Origin: Octopus bimaculoides
Taxonomy: Eukaryota
Assembly (NCBI RefSeq): GCF_001194135.2
Contig: NC_068991.1
Span: 75,614,696-75,678,695, forward strand
DNA length: 64,000 nucleotides
Reading direction: 5' to 3'
In this document: in pieces, positions 28,338 through 40,453 of the stretch
Layout: each line of letters starts with the position of its first letter
How positions within the stretch are numbered: position 1 is the stretch's first letter
The notes under the pieces: model-generated
Told to the model about the DNA's origin: nothing
Database searches by the model: none
What the model saw: only the letters and a program-made list of their open reading frames with translations
Position numbers and translations under genes: made by a program

Positions 28338-28426
28338 CTTCTAGTCGTTCTATACTTGATGTTCCACTCGGTCAGGTTGGGGAGGGCCGAGGAAGAATCT
28401 ATTGCTGCTCGCGATTTTGTAGGCAT
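28338..28426 (-). CDS. Candidate 89-nt exon of unknown product (phase-0 frame MPTKSRAAIDSSSALPNLTEWNIKYRTTR)
   Basis: ctgactgttttag acceptor and AAG|gtgaga donor; GC-richer than the flanks; no homology recognised. Confidence 0.2.
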
Positions 28427-29497
28427 CTAAAACAGTCAGCGAGAGCGTGACATTTATCCATTAGGTCATATTTTCGAGTGACGTTTATATTAAGCTGTAC
28501 GCACTACATACATAGATGCATACATACATGCATACATACATACATACATACATACATGCATATTAAATATGGCTGCGTATTTCCGTTTGTGCGTGGTACG
28601 TGTATGTGTTATGAGTGCGTGCGTGCGTGCGTGCATGTGTGTGCACTGAATGGGCTTATGAATAACACGAAATTTGGGTTAAAAGTTGATTGTTGAGGAA
28701 TATTTAATATATATATATGTGAAACAAAAACAATGCAAGTTTGTAAAAAAAAACAAACAAAAACAACTCACGATACATAAGCAAAACTAAAATACACAAA
28801 ATTTGACCCTGACAAAGACTTTTGCTGAGGGAATATATTTTTGTTTCGACACATCTAGACTATTATATAAGAATTTTGATAGTTTGTGTTTTTATGTAAC
28901 CCTTCTCGCCGAAATTCTGAATCAAACACGTAAATGTATTTAATGAATTACTCAGTAAGGGACACGCAGCACCGCAACCTTTCTAGACTTTCTGAGGCTG
29001 ATATTCCTGGAAGAAGAAACCATAGTTCATACAAGAAACAAAACATCTGGTTATCATAAGACTGAAGACGATATTATCGGCGTCAAGTATTTGCTAGTTT
29101 ATATCTCTAAAGACCCTTAAATTTGCCGATTGAATACTAATCAAATTGTTATTCAAAAACATCATTTCAGTATTTCTATTTGCATATTACCGAACATTTT
29201 ATCGTGTGGTTTTTCTTTTGTAAATTCCTCTTCATTTGTTTAAAAGAATCACATCTCTCGGGAGTATTATTACTTTTTTGTTCTTGTTTTTTGGAAAAAC
29301 TTATACATAGTAAGATAATCTAAAAATGAAATGAAAATACATCGCCTGGGTAATAATATTTACATGTATGTCGGCTGTGTCATAGAAATGTTTGCAGACA
29401 ATTTATTTTATCTCTGCCACTGTGTTTATCTTTCACACACGTACATACATACATACATTCATCTATGTATATCTATTTATATGTACTAATTAAACAA

Positions 29498-29542
<45 letters not shown>

Positions 29543-29554
29543 TATGCAGACACG

Positions 29555-29743
29555 NNNNNNNNNNNNNNNNNNNNNNNNNNNNNNNNNNNNNNNNNNNNNN
29601 NNNNNNNNNNNNNNNNNNNNNNNNNNNNNNNNNNNNNNNNNNNNNNNNNNNNNNNNNNNNNNNNNNNNNNNNNNNNNNNNNNNNNNNNNNNNNNNNNNNN
29701 NNNNNNNNNNNNNNNNNNNNNNNNNNNNNNNNNNNNNNNNNNN
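29555..29743. other. Assembly gap (N)
   Basis: N run. Confidence 0.99.
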
Positions 29744-30429
29744 ATATATATATATATATATATATATGAACATCGTATGGATGCATGCGGATGCGTGTAT
29801 GAACAGCACATATGTGTGGTGAGAGTCCCTTATCTGTCTCTGTGTTTGTATGTATGTTGATAGATTTCTGGGGGTTTTTCGTATGTATATTACATGTGTA
29901 TACTCGTATTTAAGTCATAATATTGTTTACAATAAATACATATCTCCAAATAGTATGAGCAGCCATAGATACGAACAAAATAAATTAAATTCAGCTCTGC
30001 AAAACAGACCCACTTTTTAGCCCGCATGCATTGCACCATGAATCCGAACCCACCACGTATGAATAGAATATTCATTTAGTCATTGGGGAGATTCTTAATC
30101 TCTGTGAAATCTAATAATCCCAGTAAGGTACGGGAAGTTCTGAATTGCAGACAAATATATTTCTGCTCGGACTCGTATTTTTTCCATTCAAGTGGACGCC
30201 ACCACCAAGCCTGTTCATCATGGCAGAACTGTTTTTTTTTAATGTATGCAACACCTCAGTGAACAACTCTAACTTCCGCACTGGTTTTCAACATCTGAAT
30301 GTTACTCAGGCCAAAGTTTCAGGCCATCGAAATCTCCGACATCGGGGCGACAAGCCGGGGACATTGGCAGGATGACGCACCGACATCATTATGGTGGAGG
30401 TACTTTGATACTTTTACAACACGGCATCT

Positions 30430-30835
30430 ATTTTACCTTCCTTTACATTCACCTGCCAACAGTGCCTGTTCTCCATTACCTGCGAACTTGTCTCCTTTTT
30501 CCACCATCACCAACCACAGATACCTTTCACCCAGTTAGTTCTTTCACAAAATTTATTAATCTACAGCATGTGTTACCTCCGAGTTTTTCTCAGTAACTGC
30601 CTCACCTCATCGTATTCCTTTCAGTCACATACTTCCCCTTTACCATCTATGACTCCAACAAAGTCCCTTTGACTCTTTACCGTCTTTCTTCCCTTGTGGT
30701 CATTTTCTACATTGTCGTTACCCATAACCATGATCTCATGGCTTTCCGATACCTCCTCAGCAATCCTATCATCAGCCACCTCTGAACGTAGTTCATTATT
30801 CGTTTAGCTGGGCTAGCAGTCGCTCTTAACTGTTT
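30430..30835 (+). mobile_element. Heavily decayed Penelope-like reverse transcriptase remnant (second PLE type)
   Basis: Frameshifted motifs FYLP, SACS..ELVS and IIRLAGLAVALNC resemble FYLLPKIHK, IVSACSCPTELIS and LLRLAELVLTLNCF. Confidence 0.5.
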
Positions 30836-30842
30836 AGAACAG

Positions 30843-30900
30843 GTGAAATACAGCTAAGCATTTCACCCAGTGTGCTAACGTTTCTGCCAGCTTACCACCA
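30843..30900 (-). mobile_element. SINE family S2 head fragment
   Basis: gaaatacagctaagcatttcacccagtgtgctaacgtttctgccagct matches 62458-62510. Confidence 0.75.
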
Positions 30901-31074
30901 TCTGAACCAAGCCATTCTAGAATATCAACAGGTTTCTTGAAATCTAGAGTTTACAGAGTGCGCTGAGACTTTGACGAAGTTATCTCCACCAAGATTCAAT
31001 GCTTAAATTAATAACCCAATTATTATTATTCTCTTAAAGTCGTGTGTATGTGTGAGAGAGTAGACATATGCACG

Positions 31075-31112
<38 letters not shown>

Positions 31113-31261
31113 NNNNNNNNNNNNNNNNNNNNNNNNNNNNNNNNNNNNNNNNNNNNNNNNNNNNNNNNNNNNNNNNNNNNNNNNNNNNNNNNNNNNNNNN
31201 NNNNNNNNNNNNNNNNNNNNNNNNNNNNNNNNNNNNNNNNNNNNNNNNNNNNNNNNNNNNN
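31113..31261. other. Assembly gap (N)
   Basis: N run. Confidence 0.99.
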
Positions 31262-31297
31262 TATACATATATTTGTATATGTATACATACATATGTA

Positions 31298-31334
<37 letters not shown>

Positions 31335-32400
31335 CCACCTACACACATGGTTGTGCGTGTAACGAAACTTAGATCAGACACCTGTACCATTAAATACGTG
31401 ACAGGATCAGCGGAACGACTTTGCAGCAGGCTTTCCATTAAATGACACCCTATAGAGATTCATGGAGCCAAGTATCTCGAAGGGAATTGCTAATAGTAAA
31501 ATAGAATAAATCATGAAAACCAAAGGAAGAGAAGCAACGAAGAAAACGAAGTAAAGAAATAGCCAGAAAAACGAGGCGAATGAAATACATTATTTTCTAA
31601 CAATGAGCAATAGTTTAGCAAACGTTCGAAAAAGAAAAGAAATCTTATCTGCGATCATCCAAAACAAAACAAACAAACAAATGTATTATTTCTCCTTTTT
31701 GGCGCCTCTTGGACTGTTATTGTGAGGATTGTAGAAAATAGAATAGAATATCTCTGTAATTCAATAGACAATTAGAGAGTGATTGAATAGCATACCTTCG
31801 CTTTGTATTGTAAAAATAAATCCTTCCTCAAGTGATCTGATATTTTGGAAAAACAGTAACGCAACTATTTTCGCATAAATAAAACCAAGAAATAAATAAT
31901 AGTAATTTATGCTTTTAATCATGTTGTTGGCCACTAGATTATTTTGTTTTTTGTTTACATTTGGTATTTTTCATGAAAATATTGCTGCTAGTCTGCTAGT
32001 CATTTCGATTCTTTTGATATCGTTTCTTGAATAGCGGTTTTGTACTTAAATAATGACCAACATTAAATATATATTTCATTCGACAAATTAAATCGAACAG
32101 AACACGTTAGAAGCGGCTATTCAGTTTTATTCTTATGACGATAAGGAAGCAAGAAGAAATAGGGCAGATATGTAGAGAAGCAGATAAGAAGACGCACAAA
32201 GAGGTAGATATGGATATGTTTATTGCTTCTCTGCAAGGATAGACCGATCAGTCTAGTATCAAACAAGTAAACGATTAAATTGATGATAGCCATTCATTAT
32301 AAATTCATGGAGATGTTTCAATGTAAGAAACCATTGTAATAAGGGGAAATCAAGAGCCAGAGAGCAAGAGACAGATGTCCAGTATTCTCAATACGACACT

Positions 32401-33490
32401 CATTTTTGATGCCATATCACAGCTTAGTATGTATTTTTGCAATCGTTAGTTGCTCTTAAGGATCATTGATGTTACATTATCGTCCGGGTCACCAATTAAT
32501 GTAGTGAAATATATAGACAGTACAGGGTGTTGATATGACTGGGTGTATGTTACCACAAGAGTTCGTTGTTGTTGGCACTCCGTCCCTTACGACGTCGAGG
32601 GTTCCAGTTGATCCGATCAACGGAACAGCCTGCTCGTGAAATTAACGTGCAAGTGGCTGAGCACTCCACAGACACGTGTACCCTTAACGTAGTTCTCGGG
32701 GATATTCAGCGTGACACAGTGTGACAAGGCAGACCCTTTGAATTACAGGTACAACAGAAACAGGAAGTAAGAGTGAAAGAAAGTTGTGGTGGAAGAGTAC
32801 AGCAGGGTTCGCCACCATCCCCTGCCGGAGCCTCGTGGAGCTTTAGGTGTTTTCACTCAATAAACACTCACAACGCCCAGTCTGGGAATCGAAACCGCGA
32901 TCCTATGACCGCGAGTCCGCTGCCCTAACCACTGGGTCATTGCGCTTCCACTTCCACAAGAGTTCATACAGAGATAAAAGAATAAATACAAAATCTATAC
33001 ATTTACTGTATAAAATATATTTTATTCTTCTTTCGATGGAATCAAATTGTAGAAACTAGTTGAATGAAGTAATCTATGCAAGAAAGTTCAGAGAGAGGAA
33101 AGGTAGAACGACAACGAAGTGGTGGCATTCAGCCTTGGGACGTAGAGAAATAGACGGACATCGCAACGATGTGAATGGTTCTAAGTCTAATCGAATCAGA
33201 TGCGAAAAGCTGGGTTAGCAACCTGTTCTTTTTTATTAATAGAACGCTAGACATTCCAGAAACATCCAAGAGAAACGCCAAGCTTCTTGAATAAGTAAGA
33301 ATCACCTCTCGCAACAATTCTTCGGGAAGCTTAGAAAAAGGGAGGTTATTCTGTGATCTTTCTTGCAAGGGAGATCATTCAACTATCTATCTACCTACAC
33401 CGCTACGAGACATTTTTGATGCCATATCACAACTTGTTATGTATTTTTGGTATTGCTAGTTCCTCTTAAAGGACATAAATGCTACCTTAT
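32401..33490. repeat. Diverged ~80-bp direct repeat pair (32401-32480, 33411-33490)
   Basis: catttttgatgccatatcaca.ctt.gtatgtatttttg...ctctta is shared. Confidence 0.8.
32565..32953 (-). mobile_element. Full-length tRNA-derived SINE (family S5) with 12-bp TSD
   Basis: Minus-strand head GGAAGCGCAATGACCCAGTGGTTAG...GGTTTCGATTCCC (A/B-box-like) and (AAC)n tail. TSD ccacaagagttc at 32553-32564 and 32954-32965. Confidence 0.92.
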
Positions 33491-33584
33491 AATAGTGTCT
33501 CTCCTCTATAAATTTTCCCTTTATGTCTAGAAAAAAAATAGGTGCCCGGTTTCCGTTAGCAACGATATTAACAATTATGACTAA

Positions 33585-33734
33585 ATTATTTACATTATTT
33601 TCTACATTTGACGGATATTTGTCCTCATCTTGTATGTTGTTAACACAACGTTTCGGCTGATATACCCTCCAGCTTTCATCAGGTGTCTTGGGGAAATTTC
33701 AAACCTGGGTTCTCATTCCTAATGTATTTTGCGA

Positions 33735-33808
<74 letters not shown>

Positions 33809-33875
33809 TCACTACCTGGAATAGAAATCGGAATCTTGGGGTTAGTAGCCCGCGCTCTTAACCGCTACGCCATAT
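33585..33875 (-). mobile_element. Chimeric element: tRNA-like head, (AAT)n, hammerhead-bearing tail, (AAATAATGT)n end
   Basis: Minus strand reads ATGGCGTAGCGGTTAAGAGCGCGGGCTACTAACCCC (A box TGGCGTAGCGG), a degenerate B box, (AAT)n, then a tail homologous to both arms of 52453-52862. Confidence 0.85.
33642..33687 (-). ncRNA. Minimal type-I hammerhead ribozyme motif (family A)
   Basis: GACAC-CUGAUGA-A-AGCUG(GAGGGUAUAU)CAGCC-GAAAC-GU-U-GUGUU; stem I GACAC/GUGUU, palindromic ACGU stem III, GUU triplet; one stem II mismatch. Confidence 0.75.
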
Positions 33876-33967
33876 TACGAATTATGTATAAGTATATATT
33901 AACATGCATGCTCATACAATGTAATAAATATAATATAATATAATATAATATAATATAACATATATCT

Positions 33968-34290
33968 ATAAGGCGCTACCTAAAAGTAATTAGAAACCAG
34001 CCCTTTATAGTTCAGGCTTCCATCGCTAGAAGCCATTTGATGCGACCCTGAGGCATCAGTCTGCCGATTGGCATCGTCGAGTGAAGTTGTACTGTCATGT
34101 GGTGTGTCTTTGTTTTACAGTGCTTCTTTCCTGCGCGTCGATTTTTGCGATGGCTGAAACGAAGGAAAAGCACGCTTCTGTGAAACTGTTTCCTGCTGGG
34201 GAAAACGGCTGCAGAAACAATTGTCATGGTTCACACAATTTACAAGGACGCAAAACACAATTTACATGAGCAAAACACAAGTTTACGATA
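33968..34290 (+). mobile_element. Mariner 5' remnant
   Basis: MAETKEKHASVK, then after a frameshift LLGKTAAETIVMVHTIYKDA..MSKTQVY. Confidence 0.8.
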
Positions 34291-34489
34291 TGCATAGGTT
34301 ATATACCAGATAGGCGTGATATATCTATACCTATTGTTATTGACGCCAAGACCATGTACCCCAGTATGGTGTGTATGTATGTGTGTTTGCATCTGTTAAA
34401 ACATGTCAGTTAGCAGCAAAATTTCTGCTCTTTATAATTATGTATTCGTGAGTTACATAACTGTGTGTGGGTCAGCATATGAAAATTTG

Positions 34490-34560
34490 ATAACCAACCG
34501 GCTGATATCAAATATTCATATATATATATGTATATGAATAGTTGATATCAGCCTGTTCGT

Positions 34561-34563
<3 letters not shown>
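34490..34563. other. 74-nt near-perfect hairpin with a (TA)n-like loop
   Basis: ataaccaaccggctgatatcaaatattcatata / tatatgaatagttgatatcagcctgttcgttat, 33-bp arms with 3 mismatches. Confidence 0.85.
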
Positions 34564-34594
<31 letters not shown>

Positions 34595-35152
34595 TGTATG
34601 TATGTATGTATGTATGTATGTATGTATGTGTGTATGTAATTATATGTGTGTGTGTATCTGTAAAGATGTATATATGCGTGTTTTGAGACACTAATGTGAA
34701 TTTTGTTAGTATTTAGTGATTAATTCTGAAAATGTGCTCTCTCGTGTATAATTTTGCACATGATGCAACAGTAGTCAAATAATTCGAACAGATATGTATA
34801 TATTTGTTTTCATGAGCGCATATTCAAATATATTTTTCTCCTTGTCAAACACTTTCAAACTGTTTTTACATTTCTATGTACAATAATCAGAAATAGAAAT
34901 CCTATATTCCTTAGAGGTCGTTCCTAAAGTTAATACACTAAGATAATATTCTCGTTATATCTGCTAAATATGTCTGTAACACTAATATTTAATGCACCAT
35001 TTGGTATTTGGTTATTAATTCTGTAAGTTACGCTGTCTCGTCTACAATTTCATACAATATACAGCAGTGCACGAGCGGTTCGATGTTTCGGTTAGTTGAT
35101 ATGCATATACATGTATACATCACCTCATACACAAACACACACACACACACAT

Positions 35153-35209
<57 letters not shown>

Positions 35210-35256
35210 TTGTGTGTGCGTGCGTGTGTGTATGTATGTATGTATATATATGTATG

Positions 35257-35353
35257 NNNNNNNNNNNNNNNNNNNNNNNNNNNNNNNNNNNNNNNNNNNN
35301 NNNNNNNNNNNNNNNNNNNNNNNNNNNNNNNNNNNNNNNNNNNNNNNNNNNNN
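35257..35353. other. Assembly gap (N)
   Basis: N run. Confidence 0.99.
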
Positions 35354-35391
<38 letters not shown>

Positions 35392-35520
35392 CATACATAC
35401 ATATATATATATATGTATGAATGTGTGTGTGTGTGTGTGTTTCTGAAATGTATACATGTGTGAGCATACGGGGTATATACAAGCATATATGCATGTATAT
35501 ATATACAAACACATATATAA

Positions 35521-35558
<38 letters not shown>

Positions 35559-35969
35559 GTATATAAACAACATATAACTATCATTTGCATAGAACTGGTC
35601 AGAATGTTACTGTTGGTTTTGAGTCATATGCATATACATACATACAAACGTACATATATATATATTTGTGTACATATATGTATGTATATGTACACATACA
35701 CAAACACACACGCGCGCACACACTCATACACACACATATTACTGTTACCAGTTCAAATATATTTGGCGCTTTTTGAAACCCGTAAGAAACCCTTTGCTGT
35801 ATTTTGTCTTGGAGAACATTCTTGGAATTGCCAAATACTTGTAAACACATCAAGTCAGTTAGATGCAACTTCTAACCAGAGAGACGGATACTTGCTTTCC
35901 GGATTGGTTTACTCAGCCCCTGTATCACCGACCAGAAAATGGAATGCTGTGTATGTGTGTGTGTAAATC

Positions 35970-36090
35970 AGGGGACCAACGCGCAGAAAACCGAACAGCG
36001 TGGTGCCACTCCATCAAGAGTGGCGTAGAACATTTTGAAAGACATCATCGAAGAAACGGAGAAGATAAACGGTTAAGACTGAAAAGTGTC
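35970..36090 (+). mobile_element. RTE (BovB-like) ORF2 extreme C-terminal remnant
   Basis: NRTAWCHSIKSGVEHFERHHRRNGEDKRLRLK resembles DR..WR..I..G...FE..R....E.KR..RK. Confidence 0.6.
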
Positions 36091-36094
36091 CAGT

Positions 36095-36288
36095 GACCAG
36101 AATCATTAGCTTAGCGGTATTTCAGCCATCTTAACGTAACTGCGTTCGAATTCCGCCGAGGTCAATTTTGTCTTTAATCCTTTTAGGGTCGATAAAATAA
36201 GTATCTGTTGTACACCCAGGATCAATGTAATTGACAATCCCTCCCCACAAAGTTTCAGGCCTTGTTTCTGTCGTAGAAAGTATATTAC
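36095..36288 (+). mobile_element. SINE family S2 copy
   Basis: gcgttcgaattccgccgaggtcaattttgtctttaatccttttagggtcgataaaataagta. Confidence 0.85.
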
Positions 36289-36986
36289 ACTTCTTTCTCT
36301 TAAGCCATTTAAAAAACAACGATCTAAATGTTCCCAGAAGGAAATGAATGACAATTTACTTTACAAGTTACAACTTTAATAAATAAACTTATATGATAAC
36401 TTGCAGCATTATAAACTAGTCTGATGTTCTTTATTGGCGGTGGAGTCCTCCTTTGTTCTAACAGACTTGCGTTGAGAGATGATGTTGAAGATTATTAACC
36501 ACAACAAAAATTGAAGTAACGACATTTCACTTTCGAAATGCCAGCTTCAATAAATATATTCATAATTCTCTAATACATTGTAAATTAGCATTGTGCTTCT
36601 TTAAAATAAAAAATTCTAGTTTAAAGTTTCTTTTGTTCCATCTAACAAACAGATTCTAATGCTTTAGTGCCTCTTATTCTGAGTCCATTATTAACCACAA
36701 CCGAAATGCAAAGGAAGTAGAACTTAATGATATATCATTTCCCAGCTTTCACGAAAAAAAAAAAGAGAAATAAACAAAATAACACTCTACCACATTATAA
36801 ATAATTATTGAGTTCTTTATTCTCGTTTGTGGTTTCTTTTCTTCTAAAGAACAGATACTTTCTCATACGTTGCATTCCCTTGTGCTGAACACTCTAATAA
36901 TCAAAAGCGAAAAGCAACCAAATAATAATCCTTCGTTTTCGAAATTCCAGCTTTAATAATTAAATTTTCAATACTCTATGACATTA

Positions 36987-37446
36987 NNNNNNNNNNNNNN
37001 NNNNNNNNNNNNNNNNNNNNNNNNNNNNNNNNNNNNNNNNNNNNNNNNNNNNNNNNNNNNNNNNNNNNNNNNNNNNNNNNNNNNNNNNNNNNNNNNNNNN
37101 NNNNNNNNNNNNNNNNNNNNNNNNNNNNNNNNNNNNNNNNNNNNNNNNNNNNNNNNNNNNNNNNNNNNNNNNNNNNNNNNNNNNNNNNNNNNNNNNNNNN
37201 NNNNNNNNNNNNNNNNNNNNNNNNNNNNNNNNNNNNNNNNNNNNNNNNNNNNNNNNNNNNNNNNNNNNNNNNNNNNNNNNNNNNNNNNNNNNNNNNNNNN
37301 NNNNNNNNNNNNNNNNNNNNNNNNNNNNNNNNNNNNNNNNNNNNNNNNNNNNNNNNNNNNNNNNNNNNNNNNNNNNNNNNNNNNNNNNNNNNNNNNNNNN
37401 NNNNNNNNNNNNNNNNNNNNNNNNNNNNNNNNNNNNNNNNNNNNNN
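36987..37446. other. Assembly gap (N)
   Basis: N run. Confidence 0.99.
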
Positions 37447-37485
37447 ATGCCTTATATACATGTTTGTATTTCATTCATTACAAAT

Positions 37486-37528
<43 letters not shown>

Positions 37529-38503
37529 CTTTATATAATGATATAATATAATAATATGTGCATATATATATACATATACATATGAGTATGTATTTATAGA
37601 CTCAGTATGTCTTGGTTTCTACTTTCCCATGTGCATTTTACACCTTATATGTGTATGTGTATGTGTGTGTGTGTGTACACCCATGCATGTGTCTCTATGC
37701 GTGTGTGCGTATGTGCGTTTTTTAAGTATGCACAAGACATACACCCAATTGCATATACTGCCTTGTGAAATGTATGACGAACTCATATAATGCTTTGTTT
37801 TGTCGTACACCGTTCTTTTGGTAGTAAGTAGAGAAATCCTTCGATAATTCTCCCATATTGTATTCTCCTGTTGTTCCATCATTTATGCTTCTCCCACGTC
37901 TGAATTTGTGCAACATCGATGTAGAAATCTACAGAATTGTTACAAGACATTAGCAACTTTTAATGCTTTCAATTTTGCAAAGCCAGCATTAACGGACAAA
38001 CATCTCTATGAGGTCGTACTTTCATTTTGTCACACTACTGCTGGAATACGTCCCTTTCTAATGCGAAGTATACATCTAATTCTTTAGTCATTAACAGCAG
38101 TTGTTTTTCCGTCTCATTCAACTATGATACTCGCAAATCCAACCTCAGACTTTAAATCGCTGCTCTGCCTGATCTACACTCCAAATTATACGTATTCTAC
38201 ATCAGCAACATTACTATATTCTTCCAATTTGGTCTTACAATGGCAGCTGTATCGAAGTTATAATCTGCTCAACACCAGTGCTACGAGTGGGGTATGTCTC
38301 GTCTCTTTCTAGCACATTCTAACATTCCTTGGATTTGAAAAAGGCTTAGTTTGTTGCATTCTTATTAGTTTAGCGTTGCTGCTTGAATCACACGTTCCTT
38401 GACAACTCGAATGGTGATCAATTCACCAAAATCTTGATTTACACTCATTATTTAATAAAGCTGCTTGAAAATGATTTAAGTGTTACTACATTTGGTAGTT
38501 GTA

Positions 38504-38716
38504 GAGGCGCGTGGCTTAGTGGTTAGAGTATCGGACTCATGATCATAAGATTGTGGTTTCAATTCCTGGACCAGGTGACGCGTTTTGTTCTTGAGCATTT
38601 CATGGTGCTTCAGTCCACTGAGCTGGTAAAAATGAGTTAATCTTGCGACGGATCGGCGTCCCGTCCAGGTGGGGAATGTATGTGCCATGAAACCGGGAAA
38701 CCGTCTGTTTGAGTCT
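38504..38716 (+). mobile_element. tRNA-derived SINE family S4
   Basis: gaggcgcgtggcttagtggttagagt (A box), ggtttcaattcctgg (B box), ...ggcgtcccgtccaggtgggg...catgaaaccgggaaacc; homologue at 47877. Confidence 0.9.
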
Positions 38717-38936
38717 ATATAACTTGGGAAGGAAACATTTGGTAGTTGCTAGAGTACTCTGTAAGTGAAGTGTAATATGATCGTGAGTAAGAAGAAACCA
38801 AGACTACACTGATTCTACAGCCAGTGCAACAATGAGTGGTAGTCGTTAAGTACATCGTGTCTTGACCGATTTGATTTGTAGGCTCAGAGGATCTGTTTGT
38901 TGGAGCGCCATTGACTGCTTCGACAACGTCCGCCAT
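38715..38936 (-). CDS. Candidate first coding exon or small ORF beginning MADVVEAVNGAPTNRSSEPTNQIGQD
   Basis: Start context AAAAATGGCGGAC (strong Kozak / YY1-like) and CpG-rich upstream 38940-39150; no strong splice donor and no recognised homology. Confidence 0.3.
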   Translation of the reverse strand: MADVVEAVNGAPTNRSSEPTNQIGQDTMYLTTTTHCCTGCRISVVLVSSYSRSYYTSLTEYSSNYQMFPSQVI

Positions 38937-40407
38937 TTTTAGATATTTCCTTTTTCATTCCACACTGTCTCAAAAAATTATCGCTCTTCCAACAAAGAAA
39001 GTTTGGTACACTTCCCTGTTCGAAATCAGTGACAGCCTCGCGTTGCGTCGGTTACAATGGCTTTCTCCGTTATTCTTTAGGGCTTGGTAAAACGTCTACG
39101 AAGACACTAAGCTGAAACACTCGCCCAAAAATTTGAAACCGTGTGTTAATGTTATAAAATATAATTTTTTTCGGACTTTACAGTGCATAGTGGTGTGTTA
39201 CAGTCTATATCATTTCTGCTAGGTTTGGTTTCAGTAACGCAATTTAAAGAGAACTGTTTTGTTATATATTCTTCTCTGCTTCATAAAAATTATTTTCAAT
39301 ATTGCTGCAATGGTTCTAAGGTGGGTGGTGAATATGATTTCGTATAGTAACAAATTCTTCTTTTAGGGAAGTATACGGAAAATGCAAACATATTGCTTTA
39401 TGGTAACATTTGGTAAACTGACGACAAAATCGTTAAATATTTCCGAAAGCACAAGCATGAAAGATGTGTGCATGAAATTAATAGAAAAAGCAGCAATAAA
39501 ATCGTCGATATATGCAGATATATGTTAAAATTACAGCAACATTAGTAGTGACTGCAGTAATAATGTCAACAAAGTGGAATAAACATAAAAAAAGCCTAAA
39601 GTAATTAAAATAACGCTAGTACAGGAGAGAAAAATTAATATTTTTTTTTTACATAAACATTTACTTTACGCATAAGTTTGGAGCACAGTTGGATAGCATA
39701 AATATGTCAACAAATAACAGACTACACCTCCTAACGGAATTATGGAAAGAGAGGAAGATGATAATTAACGTCCTTCCCGCATAAACATTTCGCTTCAGCA
39801 GAGCTGAAACAGGTATTGGATAGAACATGAGATTTGCATGTTTTTTTTCACAGAGTTTAGGGTGGGGATGATTGACATAAATACAACATATTGTCCTTGG
39901 ATGTGTATATGAGTGTATATGTGTGTATATTTTATCATTGCGATAATATTAGGTTGGTCTCTGGCGCGTAACATCTCACCTCTTGGAAAAGAGTTTTATT
40001 TAGCATGGACGGGAACCTCAATGAATATGTGGATATATACATTTATATATTTTATGCAGGAAGAGTATGAATAACCAAATTTAATCTAGGCACTGAATAA
40101 ACCACTTGAAAACGGAAAGCTTCAAATTCGAACACCAAATGACTTGTGGGTATCCATTTCTGGAAAACTCTATGAAAAGACCACCAGTAAGAACAACCTG
40201 CAGTTGAAATAGTTTCCTTTGAATAGCTTCCTTCGTTTAGCTTTTCCTTCGCAATAGATCTCCATCTACAGATACATGGAGAGACGCACATATACTCTAT
40301 AAGCGTACTCTACTCATGGTTAAAACAGAGCAGATCACGTTTGTATCATTAATATGACGTTTTATTATCCTATAATTTGCGGTTACCATCATATCTGTAA
40401 GTATATA

Positions 40408-40453
<46 letters not shown>

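Noticed and set aside
32880-32953. tRNA-like sequences here and at 33805-33875, 38504 and 47877
   Set aside because: They run directly into SINE bodies and lack a full cloverleaf, so they are SINE heads rather than tRNA genes
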